This document shows, piece after piece, positions 31,816 to 43,744 of a stretch of DNA of 64,000 nucleotides. The translations under genes were made by a program, and so were the position numbers. Each line of letters opens with the position of its first letter. Within the stretch, counting starts at the first letter, position 1. Under the pieces are notes generated by a model. That model saw only the letters and a program-made list of their open reading frames with translations, had not been told where the DNA came from and made no database searches. Where the stretch lies: positions 32,001-96,000 of the forward strand of contig JAUQVK010000067.1 in assembly GCA_039794845.1 (NCBI GenBank). Direction: 5' to 3'. This DNA is from Thermostichus sp. DRC_bins_24. Its GTDB lineage: Bacteria > Cyanobacteriota > Cyanobacteriia > Thermostichales > Thermostichaceae.

Positions 31816-32571
31816 ATGACCTCTGAAGAAAAGCAACCGATGCCCCCAGAAGATACCTATCCTGAACTGCAGGAGGAAGAGATCGATGTGGAGGCGGAGC
31901 TGGAAAAGCTGATCCTAGAAGACAGCGAGGCAGAAAGCGGTGCTACCGCAGGGGAAGCCAGTGCCGAGCCCACCCTCGCCCAGAGCGAAGCCCTAAAGCA
32001 GCTCCAGCACGAGCTGGAAGTAATCCGGCAGCAAAACAAGGAAAAAGAAGAATCCTACCTGCGGCTCTACGCCGATTTTGAAAATTACCGGCGGCGTACC
32101 CAGCGGGAGAAGGAAGAGTTCAGTCAAAAAGAGCGGCAGAAATTTGTGCTTGAGATCTTGCCGGTGGTGGATAGCTTCGAGCGGGCCCAGCAACAGGTGA
32201 AGCTGGAAACCGACCGAGAGCGAGAATTGCACAACAGTTACCAGAGTGTCTATCGCCTGCTTGTGGAATCCCTGAAACGCATGGGTGTATCCCGCATGAA
32301 AACGGTGGGCCAACCTTTCGATCCCAACCTGCACGAGGCCATTGCCCGCCAGCCCAGCAACGAGCACCCCGAAGATGTGGTGGTGACGGAGTATCAAGCA
32401 GGCTACAAGTTGGGCGACTTGGTTATCCGTCATGCCCTAGTGGCGGTTTCGGAAGGGATCCCTGAGGAAGGGGCCGCAGCCAACGATGAGGTTTCTGTCT
32501 CCGCCCAGGCATCGTCCGCTCCGGAAGCCTCACCCGAGCCAGAAGCAAGCCCGACCCCAGAAAACAAATAA
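31816..32571 (+). CDS. grpE: Nucleotide exchange factor GrpE
   Basis: ADFENYRRRT, LPVVDSFERA and FDPNLHEAI motifs. Confidence 0.96.
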   Translation: MTSEEKQPMPPEDTYPELQEEEIDVEAELEKLILEDSEAESGATAGEASAEPTLAQSEALKQLQHELEVIRQQNKEKEESYLRLYADFENYRRRTQREKEEFSQKERQKFVLEILPVVDSFERAQQQVKLETDRERELHNSYQSVYRLLVESLKRMGVSRMKTVGQPFDPNLHEAIARQPSNEHPEDVVVTEYQAGYKLGDLVIRHALVAVSEGIPEEGAAANDEVSVSAQASSAPEASPEPEASPTPENK

Positions 32572-32777
32572 ACAACAAATAAAAAACAAATAGGACAACA
32601 AACCATTGAACCTTGACAAGGCAGGGTCTAAGCAGTACCGGAGACGCTACAGTAGGGCTACGTCAGGCGAAGGTATCATCTGAAGGTTTTCAGAAAATTT
32701 TGGGCAGAATGCTTCTAGCCCAGGATCCGTGAAACCACGCTCTGAGGGTGAGACTTGATGCACTAGGACAGAGGGCT

Positions 32778-34589
32778 ATGGGCAAAGTCATCGGGATTGA
32801 CCTGGGAACCACCAACAGTTGTGTGGCGGTTTTGGAGGGTGGCCAACCTGTAGTCATTACCAATGCCGAGGGCGGTCGCACCACTCCCAGCATTGTGGGA
32901 TTTGCCAAGAACAACGCCCGCTTGGTGGGGCAACTGGCCAAGCGCCAAGCGGTCACCAATGCAGAAAACACCATCTTCAGTGTCAAACGCTTTATTGGGC
33001 GCACCTTTGCAGAGACAGAAGTCGAGCGGATGCGGGTTCCCTACAAAGTGATCCCAGGCCGAGACAATATGGTGGAAGTGGCGGTACAGGATCGGTCCTA
33101 TACCCCGCAAGAGATCTCCGCCATGATCCTGCAAAAGCTTAAGGCCGACGCCGAAGCCTACCTAGGGGAGCCGGTGACCCAGGCGGTTATTACGGTCCCC
33201 GCCTACTTTACCGACGCCCAGCGGCAGGCCACCAAAGATGCCGGCACCATTGCCGGCTTGGAGGTGCTGCGCATCATCAACGAGCCGACGGCAGCCTCTC
33301 TGGCCTACGGTTTGGATAAGCAGGATCAGGATCTGTGCATTCTGGTGTTCGACCTCGGGGGGGGCACCTTCGATGTCTCGGTGCTGCAGCTGGGCAGCGG
33401 CGTCTTTGAGGTGAAGGCTACCGCCGGCAACAACCACCTGGGGGGCGATGATTTCGATCAAAAGATTGTCGATTGGCTCACCCGCGAGTTTTTGGCAGCA
33501 GAAGGGATCGACCTCTCCCAAGATCGCATGGCACTGCAACGGATGCGGGAAGCGGCCGAGAAAGCCAAGATTGAGCTCTCCAGCACCCAAGCCACCTCCA
33601 TTAATCTGCCCTTCATCACTGCCGACGACTCTGGCCCCAAGCATTTGGAAGTAGAGCTGACCCGCGGGAAATTTGAGGAATTGGTGCGAGATCTGGTGGA
33701 GGCCACCGTTGAACCCACGGAGCAGGCCCTGAGAGATGCTGGGGTCTCAGCTGAGAACATCGACAAGGTCTTGTTGGTGGGGGGATCCAGCCGTATTCCC
33801 GCCATTCAGGACAAAATCAAGCAAATCTTCAAGGGCAAAGCCCCGGATCGCTCCGTCAACCCAGATGAGGCGGTTGCCCTCGGGGCGGCTATTCAAGCGG
33901 GGGTGATGGGGGGAGAGGTCAAGGATCTGCTCCTTTTGGATGTGATCCCCCTCTCGATCGGAGTGGAAACCCTGGGGGGGGTATTTACCCGCATCATTGA
34001 GCGCAACACCACCGTTCCCACCAGCAAAACCCAGATTTTCTCTACTGCCACCGATGCTCAGAGTGTGGTCGAGATTCATGTGCTGCAGGGGGAACGGGCC
34101 ATGGCCCGCGACAACAAAACGCTGGGGCGCTTCCAACTGACCGGGATCCCGCCTGCCCCCCGCGGGGTTCCTCAGATCGAAGTATCTTTTGATATCGATG
34201 CAAACGGCATCTTGAAGGTCTCTGCCCGCGAAAAGGGCACCGGCATTGAGCAGAGCGTTAAGATCACCAACAACGGCGGTCTTAGCAGCACCGAGATCGA
34301 GCGGATGCGCCGGGAAGCCGATGCTTTTGCCGAAGAGGATCAGCGGCGGCAGCAGGTGGTGGAAGCCCGCAACCAGTCCGACGCCCTGCTCTACAACTAC
34401 GACAAAACCCTTGAAGAACATGGCAGCCGCCTTAGCGAAGCCCGAATCCAGCGGGGAGCTCAGGCGGCGGGCGCATTGAGAGCATTGCTGACAGGTGATA
34501 ACGTAGATTTAGCAACTTTACGGAATGCAATGGAAGATCTGCGGGTGGTTCTCCTGGAGATGGGCAGCGAGATCTACGGGGCTCGCTAG
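32778..34589 (+). CDS. dnaK: Hsp70 chaperone DnaK
   Basis: [31 protein letters not shown] and [14 protein letters not shown] motifs. Confidence 0.97.
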   Translation: MGKVIGIDLGTTNSCVAVLEGGQPVVITNAEGGRTTPSIVGFAKNNARLVGQLAKRQAVTNAENTIFSVKRFIGRTFAETEVERMRVPYKVIPGRDNMVEVAVQDRSYTPQEISAMILQKLKADAEAYLGEPVTQAVITVPAYFTDAQRQATKDAGTIAGLEVLRIINEPTAASLAYGLDKQDQDLCILVFDLGGGTFDVSVLQLGSGVFEVKATAGNNHLGGDDFDQKIVDWLTREFLAAEGIDLSQDRMALQRMREAAEKAKIELSSTQATSINLPFITADDSGPKHLEVELTRGKFEELVRDLVEATVEPTEQALRDAGVSAENIDKVLLVGGSSRIPAIQDKIKQIFKGKAPDRSVNPDEAVALGAAIQAGVMGGEVKDLLLLDVIPLSIGVETLGGVFTRIIERNTTVPTSKTQIFSTATDAQSVVEIHVLQGERAMARDNKTLGRFQLTGIPPAPRGVPQIEVSFDIDANGILKVSAREKGTGIEQSVKITNNGGLSSTEIERMRREADAFAEEDQRRQQVVEARNQSDALLYNYDKTLEEHGSRLSEARIQRGAQAAGALRALLTGDNVDLATLRNAMEDLRVVLLEMGSEIYGAR

Positions 34590-34729
34590 AGTTTCGCAGC
34601 AGCGGATCAGGATCCCCCCTGCTCCATCGCCTCGCGGGCTTGTTCCGGCAAGAGGGACGTTGCGCTGCCCGCAAAGTTGCCTGAGCGTACTTGATCTTTA
34701 TCCCTCTGATATCCCTCTGAAGCGCTTCT

Positions 34730-35914
34730 ATGGCTCGTGATTATTACGAAATCCTGGGGGTTAGCCGCGATAGCTCCAAAGAAGACATTAAGCGTGCCTA
34801 CCGACGTTTGGCCCGCAAGTATCACCCCGATGTCAACAAAGAGCCGGGAGCAGAAGATCGATTCAAGGAGATCAACCGCGCCTACGAAGTGCTCTCCGAC
34901 AACGAGCTGAAAGCCCGCTACGACCGCTTTGGCGAGGCCGGCTTGGGTGGCGCAGCCGCCGGGGCGGGTGGCTTCCAGGATTTTGCCGGTATGGGGGGCT
35001 TTGCCGATATTTTCGAGAGCTTCTTCACCAACTTTGCGGGGGCGAGCACTGGCTATACCCGCAGTCGCAATGGGCCCGTACGCGGCGATGACCTGCGCTT
35101 TGACCTGAAGCTGGAGTTTCTCGAGGCCATCTTCGGGGGTGAAAAGCAAATTCGCATTAGCCACCTGGAAACCTGTACCGTCTGTGGGGGTAGCGGCGCC
35201 AAACCCGGCACAGATGTGAAAACCTGCCCAACCTGCGGCGGTAGTGGCCAAGTGCGACGGGCAACCCGAACCCCCTTTGGCAGTTTTACCCAAGTCTCAG
35301 TTTGTCCTACCTGTTCCGGTTCCGGTCAGGTGGTGGAGGAGACCTGCTACAACTGCAACGGCGAAGGCTTGGCCCAAACCACCAAGAAGCTGCGCATCAA
35401 TATTCCTGCCGGTGTGGATAGTGGCACCCGTTTGCGGGTTTCAGGAGAAGGGGATGCCGGTCGGCGCGGCGGCCCCCCTGGAGATCTGTACGTCTACCTG
35501 TTTACGGAAGCCGATCCCGACTTCCAGCGGGATGGCCTGACCATTCTTTCGGAAGTGCGCGTGAGCTACCTGCAGGCTATTTTGGGTGCAAAGGTGTCGG
35601 TGCCCACCGTAGACTCGAAGGCGGGCCTTGAAGAAGAAGTGGAGTTAACCATTCCAGCGGGCTCCCAGCCAGGTACGGTGCTCACGCTTGAGGGTAAAGG
35701 AGTGCCTCGGCTCGGCAACCCATTGGCCCGGGGCGATCACCAGCTCACCCTGGTGGTGGAGATTCCGACCCGCATCAGCTCGGAAGAGCGAGAACTGTTG
35801 ATGCGTTTGGCGGAGCTGCACGGAGAACGCATCAACAGGCGGGATGGCTTCTTGGGGGGGTTGCTGCGGGGGCTTGCCCAAATGCCGGGGAACCGGGAGC
35901 GTGAAGAGGAATGA
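34730..35914 (+). CDS. dnaJ: Chaperone DnaJ (class A)
   Basis: J domain with HPD, G/F-rich region and four CxxCxGxG repeats. Confidence 0.97.
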   Translation: MARDYYEILGVSRDSSKEDIKRAYRRLARKYHPDVNKEPGAEDRFKEINRAYEVLSDNELKARYDRFGEAGLGGAAAGAGGFQDFAGMGGFADIFESFFTNFAGASTGYTRSRNGPVRGDDLRFDLKLEFLEAIFGGEKQIRISHLETCTVCGGSGAKPGTDVKTCPTCGGSGQVRRATRTPFGSFTQVSVCPTCSGSGQVVEETCYNCNGEGLAQTTKKLRINIPAGVDSGTRLRVSGEGDAGRRGGPPGDLYVYLFTEADPDFQRDGLTILSEVRVSYLQAILGAKVSVPTVDSKAGLEEEVELTIPAGSQPGTVLTLEGKGVPRLGNPLARGDHQLTLVVEIPTRISSEERELLMRLAELHGERINRRDGFLGGLLRGLAQMPGNREREEE

Positions 35915-36180
35915 CTTCAGGGGCTGTATCACCGGAAGAAGTTAAGCTTGTCCTCGACCAACGAGGGATCCCTTGTCCATTGAACTATGTACGGGCAAAG
36001 CTACGTCTGGAGCGCATGGCCCCGGGGGATCTGTTGGAACTGTGGTTGGATGCAGGGGAACCGCTGGAGCAGGTGCCCAATAGCCTAGCGATGGCTGGAC
36101 ATCGGATCGAGCAACAACAAGCGGCACCGGAAGGTCATCACATTCTCTGGGTGCGCCGCGGCACGTCCGAGTCGGCATGA
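35911..36180 (+). CDS. TusA/SirA-family sulfur carrier-like protein
   Basis: [17 protein letters not shown] motif; 4-bp overlaps with dnaJ and rsgA. Confidence 0.85.
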   Translation: MTSGAVSPEEVKLVLDQRGIPCPLNYVRAKLRLERMAPGDLLELWLDAGEPLEQVPNSLAMAGHRIEQQQAAPEGHHILWVRRGTSESA

Positions 36181-37322
36181 GCCTGAAAGAATCGGATCAG
36201 CCCGGAGAAGAGGTGGCGCAGGAGGGGTCAGGTTCACCCCTGTGTCTTGGGTGGGTGCGAGCAGCGCAGGCCAATTTTTATCGGGTGCGCATGGATCCGG
36301 CTCTGGCTGCGGTTTTTCCTGGGATCCAAGCTCATCTTCCGGCCCAAAAGCCCACCCCAGCGGAGCTGCTCTGTACCCGTCGGGCCAAGCTGAGAAAAAC
36401 CGGTCAACAGGTGATGGTGGGGGATTGGGTGGAGGTCGGTCTGCCCCCAACTGCTTCGGATCTTTGGCCAGAGCGAGGGGTGATCGAGTCAATTCTGCCG
36501 CGCCGGACTCAGCTGCATCGACCGGCCATTGCCAACCTCTCCCAAGCCTTGGTGGTGGTGGCCCTGGCGGAGCCCGACCCTGAACCCACCTTAATCAGTC
36601 GTTTCTTGGTGCAAGCAGAGGCCAGCCAACTGCGGGTTCAGGTGGTGCTCAACAAAGCGGATTGTGTGGATCCTGGGCTGGCGGAAACTTGGATGGATCG
36701 CTTGCGGAGTTGGGGGTATACACCTCTGTTGGTGAGTGCCCACACTCAGGCCGGGATCCCTGCAGTACGGCAGTGTTGCCGGGATCAGATCTCGGTGGTG
36801 ATGGGCCCCTCTGGAGTGGGTAAATCCAGTCTGCTCAATCGGCTGTTACCGGATGCCCAATTGGCTACCCAAGCGGTATCAGGACGGTTGCGTCACGGGC
36901 GGCATACCACCCGCCATGTGGAGCTGTTCCCGTTGCCTGAGGGGGGGTGGATCGCCGATTCCCCGGGGTTTAATGCCAACGAAGGGATCCCATCTGTCCA
37001 TCCCTTGCAGTTGATTCAGGGTTTCCCGGAGGTGCGAAATCGCCTGGGTAACTGTCAGTTTCGAGATTGCCTGCACGATCAAGAGCCGGGGTGTGGGGTG
37101 CGGGAGCCAGATTGGGAACGACGAAGCTTCTACCTGCAGCTTTTGCGAGAAGCTCAGGCAGCACAACCTTTGGGGTTTGTCAATGCTCGCCCAGAGCCAG
37201 ACCGTACCACTCCTAGAGACGGGATCCGACAAATTCCTAGCCGGCACCGACGTGTTTCGCGACGACAGAACCGCCAGGCCCTGCAAAACCCAAAGCTCGG
37301 CCATCTAGGTTCAGAAATCTAG
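36177..37322 (+). CDS. rsgA: Ribosome small subunit-dependent GTPase A
   Basis: NKAD, GPSGVGKSS, GRHTTRHVEL, DSPGF and CQFRDCLH..EPGC motifs. Confidence 0.95.
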   Translation: MSLKESDQPGEEVAQEGSGSPLCLGWVRAAQANFYRVRMDPALAAVFPGIQAHLPAQKPTPAELLCTRRAKLRKTGQQVMVGDWVEVGLPPTASDLWPERGVIESILPRRTQLHRPAIANLSQALVVVALAEPDPEPTLISRFLVQAEASQLRVQVVLNKADCVDPGLAETWMDRLRSWGYTPLLVSAHTQAGIPAVRQCCRDQISVVMGPSGVGKSSLLNRLLPDAQLATQAVSGRLRHGRHTTRHVELFPLPEGGWIADSPGFNANEGIPSVHPLQLIQGFPEVRNRLGNCQFRDCLHDQEPGCGVREPDWERRSFYLQLLREAQAAQPLGFVNARPEPDRTTPRDGIRQIPSRHRRVSRRQNRQALQNPKLGHLGSEI

Positions 37323-37422
37323 CTTTTTCTCCGAAATTGTCAATGATCTTCATTCTTGCTGTGGATCCCTGAGATCGTCATAATCTGGAGATGCCAACGT
37401 TCCCGTGTCCGGAGGAGTGCTT

Positions 37423-38154
37423 ATGCCAGCATCAAAGGTTTCTGGAGGCCAGCCGGGATCCCTACAGCGGAAGGGAGCCAAGCTCTTCTCCGGTCTTTTC
37501 GCCTCGGTTGTGGTTTTGGCAGGCTGTGGGGGAGGAGGAGGGGGTACGGTTCCGCCACCCTTGGTGAATGTTTGCCAGCAAGCCTTTAACCCGCAACTTT
37601 TTGCCTCGATTGGCCTGCAACGTCAGGGGGATAGCCGCAGTGGATCCCTAGGGCCGAGCAGTCTGTTGGAGTTCTACTTTGATGCCGCTGGCAATTTACA
37701 AGATGCGCGAACCAATCCTCCGCCTGCCGGTACGTTCACCTTCTTTTCCGATGGCTTCCTGTACTTCCCATCGGCTGCCAATGTAACAGGGGTAACGATT
37801 CGTCTCACCAGCCCTGTCTTCGATCCGTTGTTGGTCATCGGCGGCTTTAATAGCAATCGCACCCTGGATCGAGATCTGATTTTTGTCAATGATGATGCGG
37901 CTCCTGGCAACTTCACCACCTCTGAGCTGACCATGCCGGTTCGGCAGGATCGCTGCTACTTGCTGCAGGTGCAAAGCTACTGGGCTCAAAATGCTTCTCC
38001 TGCGGCTGGCCCCGGTAGCCCTGGTCGGGGTGCTTACACGATTGAGGTGGTCAGCGAAACGTTTGCTGCTCCTCCGCCACGGCCTCAGCAGCAACAGAAA
38101 CCCCCCAGTGAGGCGGGGGGTGGGGGTGATCGCGGTAGCGGCATTGGCATTTAG
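37423..38154 (+). CDS. Putative lipoprotein with a PPC-like beta domain
   Basis: Lipobox VLAGC; FDPLL...NDD...GAYTI pattern. Confidence 0.65.
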   Translation: MPASKVSGGQPGSLQRKGAKLFSGLFASVVVLAGCGGGGGGTVPPPLVNVCQQAFNPQLFASIGLQRQGDSRSGSLGPSSLLEFYFDAAGNLQDARTNPPPAGTFTFFSDGFLYFPSAANVTGVTIRLTSPVFDPLLVIGGFNSNRTLDRDLIFVNDDAAPGNFTTSELTMPVRQDRCYLLQVQSYWAQNASPAAGPGSPGRGAYTIEVVSETFAAPPPRPQQQQKPPSEAGGGGDRGSGIGI

Positions 38155-38273
38155 GCCAGTTTGGGATCCTTGACAGCCTTTTCCGACTTTGCCGCAACAC
38201 CTCAAAAACAGAAACGCCTGGGATCCATGACAAATCCTGGGCATTTTTTTGTCCACAAGCCGCTGGGATCCGC

Positions 38274-40721
38274 CTAGCCTTGTCGGGTCAGGGTGATGGG
38301 GAAACTGGCTGTACCGCAGGTTGCGGTTCCACGAATGGAGCGTCCATCGGGGCTGACGGTGCCACTCCAGGTGATGTTGGGGGTGCCAATGCCCTCGGCT
38401 CTGCCTGTTACCGAAAATTGGTTGTTGCTGAACTGCCCACTGCGCTCTCGCAAGCTAGGGGAGGTAATGCTGATTTGGTTGCCGCTGTGGCTAATGAAAA
38501 CGGTTTCTCGAACTCCAGACTGGGTGTTGACTCTGCAGGTGGAGCCTTGCCAGGCAAAAGAACCTCCTTCGTAAACCCATTGCCCACTGAGGGCCAGAGC
38601 TGGCACAGAAGTAGGTGTTGGGGTTGTTACAGGGGTCGGTGTGGGAGCAGGAGTGGGGGGTACTAGAGGCGTGTAGGTGGGAATTGGAGTGGGTGGGGGT
38701 GTCGGGGTCGGAGTTGAGGTAGGTGTGGGGGTCGGAGCTGGAGTTGGAGCAGGGGTCGGCGTGGGTGTGGGTGGAGGGGTTGGTGGAACGGGGGTTGGAG
38801 TTGCTACGACAGGTGTAGGAGTCGGGACAGGTGTGGGCGTTGGGGTTGGCGGTAGAGGGGGAGGAGTCGGGGTACAACGCCGAACCAGCTGTTGGCGATA
38901 GTCTTCCAAGCGGGCTTGTTGATCGGGATAATCCTGCAGGAGCCGCTGAATCAGATCCAAGGCGGGCTGACAGTTGCGATTGCTAATTGCTTCATTGGCA
39001 ACTTGATCCAGACGTTGGTAGTACTCTGCCAGAGGTGTGGGGGTAACTACGGGTGTGGGAGTCGGGACAGGCGTGGGGGTTGGAGGTGGAGGAGTTGGGG
39101 TGGGCTCAGGAGTTGGAGTGATTTCAGGTGTGGGGGTAGGTGTTGCGGTGGGAGTCGGAGTTAACTCTGGCGTAGGTGTGAGAACAGGGGTCGGGGTGGG
39201 TTCAGGTTCAGGTTCCACGACCAGGCGGGGCCAAAAGAAAAAGGCTGCCAACAGGGCAATGACGCTCAGGGATCCCCCTGCCAAGATCCACTTCAGGCCG
39301 TTGCCCGAAGGCTGTAAAACTGTTTTGGATGCGGGTTGAGGCAGGGGGGTATCTGGGGGAGTTTCGGACGGGGGTGGAGTAGGCGGAATGGCACTGCCGG
39401 GTGGGATCAGGGTGGAGGGGGTTCTTTGGGTTTTGCTCTCGGGTCTTGTGGTGAGGTCTTGTGTTTCCGGTAACGACTGCGCAGGAGAAGCAGAGGGTAA
39501 GGTTTCGCGGTCGGTGATGTAATAGGGGGGCTCTGGCCCGAGAGGAGGAGAAAAAACGGGCTCGTCCTCGATTAGGTCGAGATCCTCATCGCGGATATCT
39601 TCAAAGGCCCCAGGGGAAGATCCCGCGTTGCCGGTGGTGCGGATCGGCGGTTTGGGGCCAGGAGAAGGTGTGGTAACGTCCGGAGGCTTCGCAACTCCGC
39701 TGGGGAGAATCTCCGTACTGGCCTGGCTGGGGGAAGCTTGAGTGGTGACGGTCAGGTCGTAGGCTTGCAACAGCCGTTCCCCCAGTTCCCGCATCGTTTG
39801 CGGCCGCTCATCCGGGTTTTTCTTCAGGCAGGCCATCACCACTTCGGCCAAGCGAGGTGGGATCGGATGAGAGGTTGTGTCTGGGTTAATTTCTATGGGG
39901 GCTTCATAGCAGTGGGCATGGATCCAACTGTGCAGAGAGTCGGTTTCCAACTGAAAAGGCATGGATCCCGTCAGCATCTCGTAGAGCACCACCCCAAAGG
40001 AGTAGATATCTGAGCGGGCATCCAGAGATTTGCCTCGCATTTGTTCGGGAGAGGCATACCGAGCCGTGCCGATGAACCCCCCTCCCTTTTGGGTGCCAAG
40101 GCTGAGGGTTTGATCCGCCAAGGTTTTGGCCACGCCGAAGTCGAGGATTTTCAGTTGGGTGGTGGACTTGCCGTTTTGGAGAATGTGCTCGATAAACAGG
40201 TTGCTGGGTTTGATGTCACGGTGAATCACCCCCCGAATTTCCCGGCCATCCAATTGGGTTTGAAAGGTATGGGCAAAGTACAACCCTTCACAGGCTTGTA
40301 GGGCCAGCCGAATCGCTTGGCGGACAGGTACAGCTCCTTTTTCCCGAATCAGTCTCGCCAGATCCTGCCCTTTGAGGTACTCCATGACCAGATAGGCTTG
40401 CTCCCCTTGCTGGCCATGATCCAAAACTTTGATAATGCGAGGATGTTGACCCAGAAGGGTACTGACACGAATCTCTTCGGCAAAACGGCGGCGCAAATCC
40501 GTTTGGGAGTCTCCTCGGCCCACCATCATCGGGGCATACAAGACCTTAACAGCCACTTCTTGACGATTGTTTTGTAAATCCAAGGCGCGAAATACGGATC
40601 CCATGCCACCGCCACCAATTTCCTGCAGCAGCTGGTAACGATCACCCAAAATGCGGTTGGTTAAATCTGAGGTCATGGGTTTGGAGGTTCTAGAAGGGGC
40701 AGTTTGGGTGAGGATGTCCAT
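38274..40721 (-). CDS. Membrane Hanks-type Ser/Thr protein kinase with a Pro/Thr-rich extracellular region
   Basis: [31 protein letters not shown] and SDIYSFG motifs; one TM helix; (PT)n repeats. Confidence 0.93.
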   Translation of the reverse strand: MDILTQTAPSRTSKPMTSDLTNRILGDRYQLLQEIGGGGMGSVFRALDLQNNRQEVAVKVLYAPMMVGRGDSQTDLRRRFAEEIRVSTLLGQHPRIIKVLDHGQQGEQAYLVMEYLKGQDLARLIREKGAVPVRQAIRLALQACEGLYFAHTFQTQLDGREIRGVIHRDIKPSNLFIEHILQNGKSTTQLKILDFGVAKTLADQTLSLGTQKGGGFIGTARYASPEQMRGKSLDARSDIYSFGVVLYEMLTGSMPFQLETDSLHSWIHAHCYEAPIEINPDTTSHPIPPRLAEVVMACLKKNPDERPQTMRELGERLLQAYDLTVTTQASPSQASTEILPSGVAKPPDVTTPSPGPKPPIRTTGNAGSSPGAFEDIRDEDLDLIEDEPVFSPPLGPEPPYYITDRETLPSASPAQSLPETQDLTTRPESKTQRTPSTLIPPGSAIPPTPPPSETPPDTPLPQPASKTVLQPSGNGLKWILAGGSLSVIALLAAFFFWPRLVVEPEPEPTPTPVLTPTPELTPTPTATPTPTPEITPTPEPTPTPPPPTPTPVPTPTPVVTPTPLAEYYQRLDQVANEAISNRNCQPALDLIQRLLQDYPDQQARLEDYRQQLVRRCTPTPPPLPPTPTPTPVPTPTPVVATPTPVPPTPPPTPTPTPAPTPAPTPTPTSTPTPTPPPTPIPTYTPLVPPTPAPTPTPVTTPTPTSVPALALSGQWVYEGGSFAWQGSTCRVNTQSGVRETVFISHSGNQISITSPSLRERSGQFSNNQFSVTGRAEGIGTPNITWSGTVSPDGRSIRGTATCGTASFPITLTRQG

Positions 40722-40817
40722 ACAATAAACCGAATTGCTGAGGCTGTCTTCAGCGCTGGATCATTCCGGTGGCTGAACCCAGGGATCCCGCTCATGCCCG
40801 CCTTCCGGAAGTTGCCG

Positions 40818-40843
40818 ATATCTCAAGTTAATATCTCAAGTTA
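40818..40843. repeat. 13-bp perfect tandem duplication in a divergent promoter region
   Basis: ATATCTCAAGTTA x2. Confidence 0.8.
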
Positions 40844-41042
40844 GTTATAGAAGCATGCTCCGTGGGTAGGAGTGATATCCAATGGAGGACTGCGGTGATC
40901 TTCCTCACTGGCAAGCGGATCGTTTCCTGGTTTTGTCAAAGGGGATCCCCTTTCATTTCCTCCTCTGGGCAGTTGCCGACTTGGGAGTAGATGATCGGCA
41001 GAGTGCCCTTAGGGGCCGAGGGATCCCTTCGTGAGGTGAACA

Positions 41043-42011
41043 ATGGATTTGGGCTTGGTGGTCATCGCCTACAAAGAAGGGGATCGAGAGAGCAAAGCTG
41101 CTTGTCAGATGTGTGCCGAGCAGTTGCGCCATCGCGGGGTCACGGTGTTAACGGCTCCGACGGGTTTGCATCACAATCCTTACCCGGTCTTTCTGGAGGC
41201 AACCTCCGACCCGATTGATCTGGCGGTGGTGCTGGGGGGAGATGGCTCCGTGTTGGCGGCAGCCCGATTTTTGGCGCCCCATGGGATCCCGATTTTGCCG
41301 ATTAAATCTGGGGGCAGGTTAGGGTTTCTGGCCCAGTCAGAACGGGTCTTGCGACAGGATCCCTGGGATCGCATCCAATCCGGAGACTTTATTTTGCAGC
41401 CGCGCATGATGCTGCAAGCCCGAATTTTGGAACAACCCCAGCTGGGGCAAGGGGATCCCTTAGCCACCCGTGGAGAGGGGAAACAACAGGGCCGCCCCGT
41501 CAGCCAGGTGTACTACGCTCTGAATGAGATGTGCCTGAAGCCGATTAACCGGGAACGGCTGCCCGCCGCAATCATGGAAATTGAGGTAAATGGCGAGATT
41601 TTGGATCAATATCATGGCGATGGGGTGCTGGTGGCAACGCCAACGGGATCCACATCCTATACGTTGGCTGCCAACGGCCCGATTATCGATCCGACGCTGG
41701 AGGTGATCACCATTACCCCTATCTGTCCCCTCAGTTTGTCCAGTCGTCCCATTGTTATCGGCGGTACAGCCAAGGTTGAAATTTGGCCTCTCTCGGATGC
41801 AGAAGGGCTGACGCGCCTCTGGACGGATGGAGTTTTGGCACAGTCGGTGAACCCCGGCCAATGGGTAGAGATTCAACAGGCCCCCACCGTCGCCAAACTG
41901 ATGATCCTAGAAGAGAACCTCTCCTATTTCCGCACCCTACGGGAAAAACTGCAGTGGGCGGGCAGTCGCATTTACATTCCCACCACCAATCACCGCCCCG
42001 ACTGGGGATAA
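41043..42011 (+). CDS. nadK: NAD(+) kinase
   Basis: LGGDGS, GRLGFL, ALNE and DGVLVATPTGSTSY..AANGP motifs. Confidence 0.93.
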   Translation: MDLGLVVIAYKEGDRESKAACQMCAEQLRHRGVTVLTAPTGLHHNPYPVFLEATSDPIDLAVVLGGDGSVLAAARFLAPHGIPILPIKSGGRLGFLAQSERVLRQDPWDRIQSGDFILQPRMMLQARILEQPQLGQGDPLATRGEGKQQGRPVSQVYYALNEMCLKPINRERLPAAIMEIEVNGEILDQYHGDGVLVATPTGSTSYTLAANGPIIDPTLEVITITPICPLSLSSRPIVIGGTAKVEIWPLSDAEGLTRLWTDGVLAQSVNPGQWVEIQQAPTVAKLMILEENLSYFRTLREKLQWAGSRIYIPTTNHRPDWG

Positions 42012-42077
42012 GGAGAATTTAAGGTTCGAGAGTTACAGTAACGAAAATCAACCGGGATCCGCGTCGGAGCACACCCA

Positions 42078-42716
42078 ATGAGCCTGAGACTTTACCTCTT
42101 AAGACATGGCGAAACCCCCTACAGCCGCTCGGGTGGGTTTTGTGGTGCTTTGGATCCTGACCTGACTCCAGAAGGTCAACAGATGGCCCATGCCTTTGCC
42201 GCCGCCTATTCAGGGATCCCTTGGCAGGCCCTTTATGTGAGCCCCATGCAGCGTACTCTCGCCACCCTAAGACCTTTAGCAGAAAAGACTGGGTTGGAGA
42301 TGCAAATACGAGAGGGACTGCGGGAAATTCACTATGGAGAATGGGAGGGCAAAACTCACCCAGAGGTGAGGGAATCCTATACAGAAGATTACCTGCGTTG
42401 GATGACCGAACCCGCTTGGAACTCACCCACAGGAGGCGAAACGGCGGTACAAATTGCCAACCGAGCCATGCCCGTGGTGGCTGAGATCGAAGAGAAGTAC
42501 ACAGATGGCAATGTGTTGATCGTCTCCCACAAAGCTACCATTCGTGTTATTCTCTGCAGTCTACTGGGTATTGATCTGGGCCGCTACCGGGATCGCATTG
42601 AGGTGTTGGCAGCCTCTGTTAGTGTGATCAAGTTTGATCGCTATGGCCCCCTTCTGGAAGTTTTGGGGGAACGCAACTATCTACCAACAGAATTGCGAGA
42701 ACGCTCAGGCACCTAA
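42078..42716 (+). CDS. Histidine phosphatase (phosphoglycerate-mutase-like) family protein
   Basis: LLRHGET, SPMQR, LREIHYGEWEG and VSH motifs. Confidence 0.88.
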   Translation: MSLRLYLLRHGETPYSRSGGFCGALDPDLTPEGQQMAHAFAAAYSGIPWQALYVSPMQRTLATLRPLAEKTGLEMQIREGLREIHYGEWEGKTHPEVRESYTEDYLRWMTEPAWNSPTGGETAVQIANRAMPVVAEIEEKYTDGNVLIVSHKATIRVILCSLLGIDLGRYRDRIEVLAASVSVIKFDRYGPLLEVLGERNYLPTELRERSGT

Positions 42717-42778
42717 CCGGGCTCCCCATATTCAGAAGAAAACTCTCTCTTCATTCAGGATTTTCCGGACAAGCAATC

Positions 42779-43738
42779 ATGAGCAAAAAAATCGGGTTGG
42801 CACTGGGCAGCGGCGGGGCCAGGGGTTGGGCCCACATCGGGGTGATTCGGGCATTAGAACGGGCCGAGATCCCCATTGATTACATCGCTGGGGCAAGCAT
42901 CGGCGCATTTGTCGGGGCCATTTATGCCGCAGGGGAGTTGGATGAGCTAGAAGACTTTGTGCGGGATCTCAACTGGAAGATGATCCTATCTCTATTTGAT
43001 GTAGTCTTCCCTACCTGTGGACTTTTGGATGGCAATAAGATTTACGATCTGCTGACGGAACATTTACAAGAGCTCTGTATTGAAGAGGCTGGGATCCCTT
43101 TTTGTTGTGTGGCAACCGATCTGATCACGGGCAAAGAGGTTCTTTTGCGCTCAGGAAGGATGGCCGATGCTGTGCGGGCGAGCATTTCGATTCCCGGCAT
43201 TTTTACTCCTTTTGCACATCAAGGTTTGTATTTGGGAGATGGGGGCATTGTCAACCCGGTGCCGGTGCAGGTGGTGCGCGATATGGGTGCCGATATTGTG
43301 ATTGCAGTCAACCTCAACCATGTGGATCCACAAACGGTAGAAGATCAACCGGAGGAAACCGAGATCGAAGAAACCATTCAACGACGCCAACGCCTCAATG
43401 CAGAAGGAGAGGTGATTGAAGAAGAAACCAACTTGATCACCCGCATTCGCAAACGCTATCAATCTTTGCAAGAAGGGATCCAACAAAAAATCAGCCAGTG
43501 GATCCCAGACGAACCCGCCGGCCCCAACATTTTTGATGTAATTGGCACCACCCTGAATGTCATGGAGCAGAGCATTACCCGCAGCATCTTGGCCCAACAT
43601 CCACCGGATGTACTCTTGCAACCTAATCTCAGCCAATACGGAATTTTTGACTTCCACGAAGCGGATCCGATTATTCGAGAGGGCTATCGCCAAATGCGGC
43701 GAGCGATTCCAGAGTTGCGCCAGAAGCTGGAGAGCTAA
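42779..43738 (+). CDS. Patatin-like phospholipase (RssA-like)
   Basis: LGSGGARG, GASIG and DGG motifs. Confidence 0.9.
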   Translation: MSKKIGLALGSGGARGWAHIGVIRALERAEIPIDYIAGASIGAFVGAIYAAGELDELEDFVRDLNWKMILSLFDVVFPTCGLLDGNKIYDLLTEHLQELCIEEAGIPFCCVATDLITGKEVLLRSGRMADAVRASISIPGIFTPFAHQGLYLGDGGIVNPVPVQVVRDMGADIVIAVNLNHVDPQTVEDQPEETEIEETIQRRQRLNAEGEVIEEETNLITRIRKRYQSLQEGIQQKISQWIPDEPAGPNIFDVIGTTLNVMEQSITRSILAQHPPDVLLQPNLSQYGIFDFHEADPIIREGYRQMRRAIPELRQKLES

Positions 43739-43744
43739 ACCCAT

